Assembly: GCA_030141605.1 (NCBI GenBank)
Contig: JAQGDQ010000334.1
Coordinates: forward strand, 124,001 to 188,000
From: Tubiluchus corallicola
Taxonomy: Eukaryota; Animalia; Priapulida
Length of the DNA: 64,000 nt
Reading direction: 5' to 3'
A program made the translations under genes and the position numbers. This document shows, piece after piece, positions 38,031-50,235 of the stretch (its first letter is position 1; each line of letters starts with the position of its first letter). The notes beneath the pieces are model-generated. The model was not told the origin of the DNA and ran no database searches. It saw only the letters and a program-made list of their open reading frames with translations.

Positions 38031-38760
38031 AGATGAGCGTTTGATTAGGTGAAGTAATTGAGCATTCAGGAAATTAATTTTACATTATTGGACACAGGCA
38101 TATTTTATAGCCGAACGCGTTTTCATCATTTTTTTATTCAAATACTATTGAAAAAGGTGAAAGTCATAAAATCAAAGTGCGTTTTTGAGGTTGAAGTACA
38201 TTTTAAAATTAACTTAAAATTAAACACAATCAAATAAAATATTGGAAATACGCAAGACAATCAGATCAAGCACAAGCTCTTCTAATTCAGTGATTTTATT
38301 TTTTCCACTTTGAGCAGTAAGAAATATTTTGATTGAACATCTGTGTAGCAGAAGCATTATTTTTGTGGACAACAGTAAAAATAACATGTTGGGTTGTTTT
38401 AATTTTTCCAATAAACTGTTGTATGCCCTGCAGATGCCTCCTTTGTACTGTAACACTTTAATGAAAAAACTACACTTCATTATCATATCATCATATGCCC
38501 ATTACGTTTATTGTGCACATTAGGCACCCACAACTCTAAAATAAAAGAAATCTGCGTTCAAGACAGTTAAACACAGCAGTAATCCAGCAAAAAATTAGAC
38601 ACTGCTATGCCAGTGGCTTGTCAGCACTACTTCCGAGCAACACACACACACAAAAACTACACTATCATCTGGAAAGTGTGCATGTATATGTTCTTCACCA
38701 AAACTCTGGTCACCCACAGTCTATAAACATTTCCTTGCTGTCTCGCGAATACTGCATAGA

Positions 38761-39018
38761 AGGAAGGACGGAGAGCCGCGGAACATTTACAGTGCATGTG
38801 CTGAACAGTTACACAGGAGGCGGAGAGCCCAGGGGCAGTTTACAGTGCTGGTGCTGATTTACACAGGAGGACGGAGAGCCCAGGGGCAGTTTACAGTGCA
38901 TGTGCTGAATACACAGGAGCAGGGACGGAGAGCCCTGGGGCAGTTCACAATGCAAGTGCTGAACAGTTACACAAGAGGACGGAGAGCCCGGGACAGTTTA
39001 CAGTGCAGGCGCTGAATA
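38761..39018. repeat. GC-rich ~50-58 bp minisatellite, 5 copies
   Basis: ggacggagagcccaggggcagtttacagtgcatgtgctgaacagttacaca unit. Confidence 0.9.
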
Positions 39019-40179
39019 GCATTAATATCGGTTGATTATTAATAATCGGAAAACAGACCTTTTTCAGACATTCTGTCAATTTTCAAAGCAAAACCAGCAG
39101 ACAAATTTTGAAGAAACGAACTGAAGCGGCAACAAAATTAAAGAAAAATAGATTAGCAATAAGCGAATTACTTATAGTAACTTATAATGTTAAGCTTATA
39201 ATAACTAATAAAAGAGTGACTCGGGTTACATTCTAGTAACCTAAGTGATAGAAATGGTTTAAAATAACCAAACAGAATAAGAAAACAGTGTATAAAATTC
39301 ATTGAAGATAATTCCTCTTCTCTATAGGCCCACACTGTTTATATTCTTTAAATGTCGACACTCACAGGTGCCTTAACCATATTTAAATGTGTGTGAACAT
39401 CTAAAGAAATACACACGACAGTAAGAGGGTAGATTTACGCACCGTGACCACTGAAATGACTTTAATGTCGGTTCATATAAATCTTATGATTGATTCAGCT
39501 TTCATATTATAACTCTAGCTAATATCTCTCAATATTGACAGTAATAAATTCATCGTAAATCACGGAATACCCAACACATCTTCATTCTCGTCGTTTTCGT
39601 GTTTTTGTTCTCGTTCATGTTATATAAAACTTTGCTTTTTACTTGTGAGGTAAACAATATGCACCAAATTTTTGTCAAAATTTGAATCCATACACGCATA
39701 TAGATCAATGTAAACGTATATCAATAACTTCTTAACAGCTAGCTTATTAGCATCATGTCAGCCGAGTTTCTTATATCGTCTTCATAGTCTGGATCTGGAA
39801 CGTGTCACTATATAGGGATTCGTTTCTCGAAAAATTTATTTCTGTCTGAGATATTACCGATTTTTCGACGACTAACTATTGTTTCAATAGCAAAAATTTT
39901 TGGGCAGATTCAGCAATGGCACAAGATTTAAGATTTCAAGATTTATTTTTATTTAGCCAACATATAAACATTCGAACAAATACAGATTTGCGCATTTCTG
40001 TAACAATTAAAGATTAACTTAATTATAAGTACATTAAAGATGTGTGGCTGAAGGGACCTGAAAATGACAATACAGCAGCATTACTTAAAGGTCAAAATAC
40101 TGCGTTCTAGCTGCACGCAGATCATTTTAATAGTTTAATAAAAAAAATTCACAGGGCAAAGCTAAATATGTAACGACCA

Positions 40180-40648
<469 letters not shown>

Positions 40649-42419
40649 TGCACTGCACCTTGACTGAAATGAGCCTGCGAGTGTAGCGGGTAGTGTTCTA
40701 AACGAAATATCCTGACAATTGGACAGAAAAAACTAAGTAAGCGAATAACTCGATGTTTCCTTTCCGGACTAGTTTAATTTCAAGACGCACCATGCAGACA
40801 ATGAGTCAAAATGGTCAAATACACAAGAATTGTCTGCAAAGAACTCTGTAAAAGGATTCATTAGCTTGCAGTGTTCAATGTTAAATGAAAAAAAATCTGT
40901 GGTAATTTTTATTACAGGTAGAAAGACATCAATGATAACGCACACAATGTTGTTTATATCAAAAGACATAACTTTGTGAAAACAAATTTAATTAGAATAA
41001 AACATGGCCAAGAAGTACATTTTTAAATAAGCCCCTGTTTAAAATTATATGAATAAACGGAAACACACAAATTTACAAAAATCGATATTTAACTGTAGCC
41101 TAATTACATAAACATATGATTAAAGCTATTTAAAATATATAATACATATTTTGAAAATACACCTCTATATATTGAAATATAAAGATGGAACATGTAAATT
41201 GCGATATAATAAGTACGTGAAAATGATGTTGCATACATAGCTTATTGGTGGCGTATAAACAATTTAAATATCGTAAAAGGGCTATTCTGCAGATGTTGAA
41301 ACATAAAATAATGTCCTACGTATAAACTAATTCTATTGTGCCTACTTTGTATAGATTTTGCAAAATAAAAAATATATAAGAATAAGGAGTGTTTGCTGAA
41401 AACATTTGGCATTTTATAGGCCATACTTTAATATAATAACACTTAGGAATTAGATTAGCTACATGAGGCCACGTTTGGTAAGCAAGAACATTTTCTAACT
41501 TCAAAATCGCACATGAGTCCTGGAGAACCACAGTCGCTGTTGTCTATGCAGAAGTCACCATAAGATGATGCTGTAAAATATTATTGCATTATCATATACC
41601 TGCCTACATTGCAGATATAGCCTATGATCACTTTATGAGGGGAAAATGCAATCTCTTCCTATTCTATAATTCCATTCATTTTGAAAACTTTTATTCCGAA
41701 AGGAAGCCTAGTTAAGATCGACAAAAAACTTGGTATTTCAAACAATTTCCCGATGACAGCCATAAAAGTCATAACAATAATAATAATGTGAAGAAAAACA
41801 AACAAAAACAAAAAATTGTTGTGAATAAAGTTGTACTGGTCTCTGCATTTGTAAAAGTTTGTAATTAGAAAAATAATCAAATCGCTGCACACTATAGGTA
41901 GTAGAGAAAACAAAAAGCTTATTACCAGAGCAACAGTAAATTTTTTGCAAATCTTGCTCTTTAAATGCGCTAAAGAAAGCTAAACTGTAATTAGGAAATG
42001 GTCATTAATTAATGAAACATCAATTAATTAAAACCCCCACTTTAAAAAACAAGGAAATAACCCAACGTTTCAAATTACCAATGTATAGTTTATCTTCAGG
42101 TGAAGAGAAAGGGAAAATATCACATAAAATAACTTGATACTATTTTTTATGGAAAGTTTCATACATTAAACTACTACCATCTTATGCATAACCTTTATCG
42201 ATATCATAACAATCACACAGGAAAAACACAGGCATAAAATCACGGCCACAATCACAGAATGAGATACAGCAGAAACTGTGGTGTGCTTTTCCATGTGAAT
42301 GTATTCTTTTTTAATGTGTTACCTTTATGTCTTGATAATAAAGAAAATTCCTAAAAAAATATTAGTTATTTTATGTAATTTTTCGCCGTTTTTCTTTACC
42401 TGGAGATAAACAATAGAGC

Positions 42420-42923
42420 CAGAGGCGTAGCAAGTGCATGTGCCGCCCGGGTGCAAAAAACCTTATGAAGCCCTATCTTTTTAATGTTTTGCTCATTTGT
42501 TTCCTGGATAAAGCCACAAATTGTGCGCGTTTTTTGCGTCTAAGAACCCGACTTTCCATTTTAGACATGATGGGATAAAAATAAACGAATCTTTTTGAGT
42601 TTGATTTGCGGTACTGCAGCAGAATAACTCTTTCGCGTGCATAAGTTGCTCATAACACAAACATTCAGTTCAAGCATTAAAACCCCCAAAGATTATGAAA
42701 AATACAGAACTCTACAAATTTTCACAATAATATAATCAGCATTTAGAGAGACACCACTGTTTCTCCCAAAATTATTGATCTGCCAGCCACACAACACCTT
42801 GCACACGCCTTTAAGTAACAACATTAACCTTTTTTTCTAGGCTGTAGTAATTAAGTCAGCTACGACGATCTCTGACTAGGCAATTTTGTTACCCTCTGTC
42901 GCACCCACCTCGCTACGCCTCTG
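42420..42923. mobile_element. hAT-type MITE
   Basis: Perfect 12-bp TIR CAGAGGCGTAGC...GCTACGCCTCTG; degenerate 8-bp flanks aatagagc/aacagcgg. Confidence 0.75.
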
Positions 42924-44469
42924 AACAGCGGTAATTTACACGTCATGTTTTCCCCTGTCTTTTAATTATGGTATTTTTTTAATTAATTGACATGTTGTAT
43001 TTTTGTCATTAAAAATTAAATTTGCGTTATGATCGAAGTGCAGTCAGACTTGTATGCACGACAGCTAAACACTTATGTAGAAATTTAGAAATTTAAAATA
43101 TTTAGAAATATCTAGAAATTATTATTATATATTTAGAAATATCTGGTAGTCTATACAAGCGCCATATTATATCTCTGTATCTCTATTTAATGGTACTAAA
43201 GCGGCAGTAAAGCCTCGTTTTTACTTACCAATTTCACAAATTTTGCTCTCAGTGCATTTGAAAGAGCGTGCGCCTGGTCTGCTACACTCAAAGTCTGATT
43301 CACACGGGTCACCATTCCGAGCCACTGAAAGATTAAACATCAATCATGAAACTTCGACAATTAAACTTTGCGAATGTGTAGTTGAAACGTCTCGGCGACT
43401 GAGATCTAAGCCATAGAATGTGATAGATAAAGACTTACGTATACAATGTGTATAATAAATTATTTTAGTAATATATATAATGTTCAATTACATTTAGTTA
43501 CGTCATGTTGGGTAGCTTGTCTGTTAGTGTTTAAGTATAGTAACTGGCTGCATGTTGGCGACGATTGAAGGATAAAACTTCTCTATTTTTAATAAATTGC
43601 CGCTAGGTGAAACTAGTGGCTCACTTTGTGTGACTTAGATCCAGTGATCAGCTAACCCCGACTGTGGATCGAATCAGACCTTGCGGATCGGATGGAATTG
43701 CGGATCTACTATTGAAGATAACAAATGCGGACCCCATGCAGATCAAAAACTAGCGGATGGGATCTTTCCGACTTTTAATTTTCATTAATGTTAATCCGCG
43801 ATAGATAACAACGTGCGCATTGCGGGAAGAAAATGACAAACTGACACTCATCACAGGCTACCAGTTCAATAACAATGAAATAAAACATAATTAGCTTCAT
43901 TAACCATTAAACGAACGTACTGCTGTACTACTAGTAGTAGTAGTGCTAAGCAGTAGTAAAATCTTTTATTTGCTATTAAAAATACTAATGTGAAATTAAT
44001 AACATCAGATAGAGTTATTCTAATATTCCTTCTTACAGTTGCAATTAATTAACGAAGAAGTGAAACTACCCAGGGGGCACACTGCAACAGGGTGCAATTT
44101 CCACCGACAATATTTTTGTTTATTTAACCCAAAGTTAGCAAAAATGCAGCTTAAGTGCGGATTTGAATTAAAACTAGCCATATAAGAAGGTTGTGAATCG
44201 GAAATTGATTAGGACAGATCGCGTATGCTTACCCAGCTTGGATCGTCGTAATTCAGACGCACTGAATTTCAACACTTTGGCTGGAGTGTACGATACCGTG
44301 GGTTGCACAATGATATACCTACATACACCATATCACACTCACAACAATAAGAGTTACTACTACAGCTCAGCTCACAAAGCTGAAAAGATGCGATTGGTTT
44401 GCTAGTAATTCTTCACTAATTTGCAATTAGTTAAAGAAAGAATTTGTTACAATTAGAGATAAGTAGGCC

Positions 44470-44950
44470 TAACTAAGTAAGCAAGTAAGTAAGTAAGTAA
44501 GTAAGCAATTTATTGTCATTGTAGCATAATACATACAATAAAATTTATGTGGTTTTACTGCAATAACTTATGGAAGTAGCAAGGAGATTAACACAAATAA
44601 TTCAACCAGTTGTACAGTGACATACAGAATTAATAATGGAGATTTACTGAAATGTACTGTTTATGATGCGAATTGCAACGGGATAGAAAGAATTTAAAAT
44701 TCTTGTGGTTTTAGTATTAATTGAGCGGAATCTACGACCGGATCTACGGAAGGGAGCATTTCAAAGTATTTATCACCTGAATAAAATTCATCTTTCATGA
44801 TAACTTGCGCTCTCTTTGCGACCCTAGTTTCATACAAATATGCCATAGATTGCTGTTCAATTCCTATAATTTTTGAGGCGGATTTAACAATTTGATCAAG
44901 AGCATTGTGATCTCCCTAACTCTCCATCACAGTAGGGAAATGTTAAATGA
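44470..44950 (-). mobile_element. LINE 3' end (Rex/Babar/L2-like) with (TTAC)n tail
   Basis: Minus-strand SGRRFRSINTKTTR..NSFYPVAIR motif; (taag)n at 44474-44506 on the plus strand. Confidence 0.7.
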
Positions 44951-45854
44951 TTTGAGTTGACTTGAAAAGTACAAACGCTCGCGGGCCTTTTTTGTACAAC
45001 AGAGCACATTAGCTTCCCAGTAGAGCTTAGTAGAGATCTGAGGTAATGGCGTAGCGCATAAGGTGTTAATCGCAGTCGATTTATAAATTCGTTTGTAATA
45101 TGCGGGCTATCCAGCAGGTAGACGGACTGATAGAGCTGCCTTTAGTTAAAAAGTTCCTAAACTAATCCACGAGACTTTTTTCTTTCGCCTCCACCTGAGC
45201 GCCATTCTTTGCGACAGGCACACTACACGGCCAGCATTGGATAGAATTGCCTGGAATACCAATAACAGACTAGAAGGATATTTAATTATAAAAGAAACGG
45301 GAGTGAGTGTAAGACTTCTTCACTATTATTGTAGTGCAAAGCCACTGATTATATAACCTATCTAAGAGAGCTTTCGTTCCACAAGAATATAAATTAGGTG
45401 TTACTCAATCGGTAATTCTGCTAGAGTCGCTTATGAACTTAGTAAGCCAAGACATTCAATGCGTGGTAAATACTAAGTGCCCTATAAATGTGTGCTATAG
45501 AAATGTAAAGTGTAAAGGGAATTTTACAAGAAATTAATATTGTATTGAAAGCGTTTAGTGTAAAGGAAATTTTGCAAGAAAATAATAATGTATTGGGATA
45601 CGTATTCTGTGAAATAAAGTCTGTGCAGTTAATAAGCTATGTAATGAGATTTTATTATATTTTATTGTACGTTATATTGCGTGTGCGGTATTTTTAACAT
45701 GTAATAAACTAAAGTAGGTCTAACTAATAATATTAGCCTCCCTAAGTTTAATCATTAAAGCTTTGATAGGATTAGTAATTTACAAAACTATGAGATGACT
45801 TTCATCATTTACCATCTCTTTCCAAAATTGTTCCTCCAAATGCATTTTCCATAT

Positions 45855-46292
45855 GAGGCCATCCACATATAATGATAACAATCGACGATTTCGAGGACCT
45901 ACCTACCTTGCGTTTTCGTATGTCCTACTACGTGCATACGCCTTATATTGATATCGATGCCGATGTAGCTTTTTGTACATTTTATTCTTCCTCCTCCCAA
46001 GCACAGGCAACAACATCACTTTTGTTAATTAACGGGAAACCATCAGCGGATTCTACTCGCATCGGGTGTGGAGTCGGTGGCGATCATCACAAATTTATCA
46101 CAAACAAACACAGTGAACCGAGATTTCATGAAATAACTGCCAAAAGTCTGCTTCTGGCATGTACGTGAGAAAAAACGTAAACTCAGATAACGATATCATG
46201 ACTAAATCACCTACCTATCTTACGTTATAGAGGCGTTATCACGTCTCCAGGCACCTAACCTAAACTTTATATCGTTATATGTGGATGGCCCC
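45855..46292. mobile_element. PIF/Harbinger-like MITE
   Basis: TIR G(A/G)GGCCATCCACATATAA(T/C)GATA at both ends, inverted. Confidence 0.75.
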
Positions 46293-46503
46293 TACTAGTC
46301 CTTAATCGCAAACCTAATACATCTTAATTGTCATTAAAACATATTGCATGAGTCAGTTCAATTTCTCCCTACAACAATATCCGAAATGTATGCTTTCTAA
46401 AAGACGCAGTATGTTATTCATTGACCCATTTTCAATAGAGGAATCGGGCAACGTCAATCAAACAGCAAAAGATCACCACACGTTGACCAGTCAGGCGCTT
46501 TAA

Positions 46504-46919
46504 CCCTTTCATACCCGTTGTATCCCGTGGGATACGAGAATATTTTCTGCCTTTAAAATTAATAAAATTTTAAAACTGACAGTTATTTGATCTGTTAACA
46601 GTTATTTTGATTTAAGCCAATAACAAAAGACTAAAAATGGTGATAAAATGGCAAACTAGAAAATCTACATAGCATAAAAAACTGCTCAAGGTACAGTACT
46701 TTAGAGACAACTTTGTACAGATCATAACTAAATGTCTTAAATACTTTAAAAAAATATCAGCAGTTGCAAAATAAAGCCCGTGGGATACAGGCTATATTTA
46801 GCACGAGGGCAGAGGTAGAAAAAAATTATTATTATGTGTAAACAAGATGGACATACTGAACAAAAGTACCAAGCCAAATTTTTTTTTCTTATTAAAAAAA
46901 TAATTTGGGACTGAAAGGG
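46504..46919. mobile_element. piggyBac-type MITE (416 bp)
   Basis: TTAA|CCCTTTCA...TGAAAGGG|TTAA; internal repeat cccgtgggatac. Confidence 0.9.
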
Positions 46920-47879
46920 TTAACTGGCTAGCTAATCCACTGCCTTAAAAATGATATACACGTGTACGCCGTTACCACACCGTAAGCAATGTGGGAATAT
47001 CAAATCTCGTAACATTTTCTGTACAAAATATGAGCGGTGGTTGAAATATCAGCCTGTGACAGATTAGTAGATCTATAAATTTGAGGAAGAGAATGTTCCT
47101 TCTCAAATTTACCTACTCGATAAACTCAATTTTGTAACACACGCCTAAATTAGATAATAAATTAGTTTTTTAAATCATTTCTCAAGTAACAAAAATAGGT
47201 GGAGAAATTTTAAATCACGTACCAGCCATACAGTAACCGTTGTACTCCATGTAACCGTGTTCACAAGTACATTTCCTCATACCATTAACAGCTTTACATA
47301 AACCATTATCTGGACATTGTTCATTTAGTATGCAAGCGTCACCTGGTGGTTTTACTGAAATCACAAAAATTATTATGACGATGATGGTGAATTAGTCAAG
47401 TGACTGATTTTTAGATGTCTAGCGGTTAGTTTGATAAATGTCGAGAAACAATTCCCATGTTGCCCCATACAAATATCATACTTAAAAATCACTTTTTGGG
47501 TCATTACTGAATCCTGCTACTTTTTCACCATTTTATGTTGAACCAAACTTCACACACCGTTGGTCTATTACATCTTTACAATCGCTTTCATTTAAAAATA
47601 AATTAAAAGTGGAAAAAGAATATCTCTTTTAGGGCTTCTAAAGCACTGTCCAACAGCAACTGTTAAACGGTAGAGAACCGTTCTCGTTAAACCAAGAAGT
47701 GGTACATGATTAGAATTATTAATAAATATATTTGTGTGATACGTAGTACATTATAAAATTATAAAACACGCACAACATTTATTACTAAGCAGATTGCGTG
47801 AGAACAGGATGGTCACAATGACAGGGAGGTAATGGCTGAAGAATTATATATGACCTCGATTTTGATGAAAGCATAGGGG

Positions 47880-48068
47880 CTAGATAGTGGTGCTTACACG
47901 TAATAGCGTACCTACTAAAAAATTATTGTCTTCTTCGTCTATACAATAATCACGTAATTCGTCTACAATGATCATGTCGGGATCATCAGTCACTATAGAC
48001 GATAGTGACAAAAGGCGTCTCAGGAGTCGTTTTAAGATCGAGTCAACTATAGCTTTAGATACAGTCAT
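47880..48068 (-). CDS. Candidate small protein (62 aa), unknown function
   Basis: MTVSKAIVDSILKRLLRRLLSLSSIVTDDPDMIIVDELRDYCIDEEDNNFLVGTLLRVSTTI; protein-like composition; weak similarity to 60717-60926. Confidence 0.3.
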   Translation of the reverse strand: MTVSKAIVDSILKRLLRRLLSLSSIVTDDPDMIIVDELRDYCIDEEDNNFLVGTLLRVSTTI

Positions 48069-49499
48069 GGATAAACTTAATGAATTATTGAACTTAATAT
48101 GGCTGCTATGCAAGTATTTGGCACAGATTTCTGCTAGAGTTAGATGCTTTTAAAGTCAGATATAACACGAAAATCCAAAATGCGCAAGCTGGCTGGGAAA
48201 TTATAAAATTATACTAGCTGGCAGAAGAGCTAATAAAAAATGCCCTGGGGTGTTGTTGACATAAGCAGATTTTTTAGTCCGTTGATGTATATAAATAATT
48301 ACAGGCCTAACTAAGTACATACAGTTTCCTCAATTATTCGTGCACAGCTCAATGCCTCTGTAGAAAGAAAACCGGCATAAGTCTGCAAGTTTAGATGGGG
48401 AAATTAACATAAATATTGCTGGCCTAATAGTCCAATTGCACAGTGAGATTTTGTAATTTTCACAACGTTTGCAATCCTAGATAAAATCCATATTATTTGT
48501 CAAATTAAACCCATGATTTTAAGCCCCGAGGCAAGTTGAACTAATTTTGGGTCAATCGTCAATGAAACGCTGGGACACACTGGGACAGGTTTGGGACACA
48601 TTTTCACTTGGTACTAGTGCGTGACAGGGGCCGTTGTCCCACATACATGAAGGCCTATATTACTGGTCATGTCTGTAGTCAGTTTTCCAACTCAAGGTTT
48701 GAGTAGGGCCTATGCAGGTTTTGCCAACAGTTGGGAGGTCTGTTACTTTCACAATTTTTTACATAGATGTGCAAAACAGAAAACTAAATGTTTTAATAAA
48801 CTCACTTAAAAAATTGAAACAAGAAACTCTGAAATATGCTAACCTAAATGTAGTCTGGCATTTAAGCAGTATTTGTGGCTTGCATAAAGATGTGCGATGT
48901 TGCTTTACTAGTCTTCAGTCAAGTTTTTAACTAGATTTTCAAATCGCTGCTTAGTTTTAATTAGGCGAATATTATTCTTCTAACTAATATTGCCGACAAT
49001 TATCATTATTAGTTCGCAAGTTACATCATTAGTAATATTTATTTATAAATTATAACATTACTTTTATATTACTGTAGGTTAAGATTAGAGCCCTTTTGAT
49101 CAATAGTAAGGTTACTTCATATAGATGCGTTTTATCTGTATCTCAGGTTTTATTAATTTTTCATTAATGAGATTATCATCGTAAATATCAGAAGTTAGTA
49201 AACCGTTGCGGTTTAGCCTAGTCCACAGCAACTATTAATGTTATAATTAATGAGTTAAAAAGGAAACGCTAAAAATTTGTGAACCAATCGGGACAGTTTC
49301 GGGTTCAAACTGTTTTCTTTCTTTAACTTATTAGCCGCAAGGTTAATAGTGAAATAAACTGCAATAGTTAATTAACATATTAGACTATTCATAGACATAA
49401 TCAAATAAGTGATTATTGTTAAGTGTCATTTAGTTTGAATAGTTGATACCTGAAGTTACTTTCTGTTTAATTCTTTTATATAATTGCGCCAAACATGAC

Positions 49500-49746
49500 C
49501 AGTGGCCATTCAGGGTAAGACGTTCCAAACGGGGCCCTTGGCCACTCATGGTAAGAGGTTCCGAGCCGGGCCAGCAGTGGCCACTCAGGGTATGAGTTAC
49601 AGCATACTCAGGGTGAGAGGTTACAGCCCACTCAGGGTATGAGTTACAGCATACTCAGGGTGAGAGGTTACAGCCCACTCAGGGTATGAGTTACAGCATA
49701 CTCAGGGTGAGAGGTTACAGCCCACTCAGGGTAAGCAGTTACAGCA
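49500..49746. repeat. Minisatellite: ~39-bp units grading into a 47-bp dimer (23+24 bp)
   Basis: gcccactcagggtatgagttaca and gcatactcagggtgagaggttaca alternate. Confidence 0.9.
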
Positions 49747-50129
49747 GAAAGGAAAAAATACGAAAATACGAATACGTCAGAAAAATAGAATCCTTGTAAC
49801 TTATAAGTAATTTGCTAAGTTATATTGAGGTATATGTATTAAAACTCTTCCTGAAGCGGGTTAGGTTGTAATTAACAGCACAATTTTCTGGTAAGAATCC
49901 CACAGATAAGAAACCCGCGAGGAAAACTGGACTAAAAACAACTGAGCTTGTTGAATTCGCGGCTGCACAGGTCTGTCATAGAGCTGCATATGCAACCAAA
50001 GTGGTACATTAAAGCCCCTGGTCATTTTGTAGAGCTGATAAGTTAGTAGATGGCAGGCTGTAAAGAATGCTGGTAATGGTATTACGGATAACACGGAGAC
50101 ATCTACCGACAAGAAAGAGGAAGCATGTG

Positions 50130-50235
50130 TCACTTTAAATTCTCACCGTATAATTTATTCTTCACTTCATCAACGTGAATACAGTGGTTTGGTATGGCAA
50201 TGTGAGGAGGTGTACCTTGACTATTCTCATTTAAA
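50130..50235 (-). CDS. ZP-N protein exon 5 (probable terminal exon)
   Basis: tcttttcacag acceptor, phase matches; ...PNHCIHVDEVKNKLYGENLK then TGA. Confidence 0.65.

Noticed and set aside
38761-39018. CRISPR-like array (also considered for 49500-49746 and 18998-19115)
   Set aside because: Whole units repeat with no unique spacers, no cas genes, eukaryotic context.
47950-47990. DPDMIIVDELRD resembling the Walker B region of PilT/GspE/VirB11 ATPases
   Set aside because: No Walker A motif or other ATPase sequence in frame; the ORF is too short.
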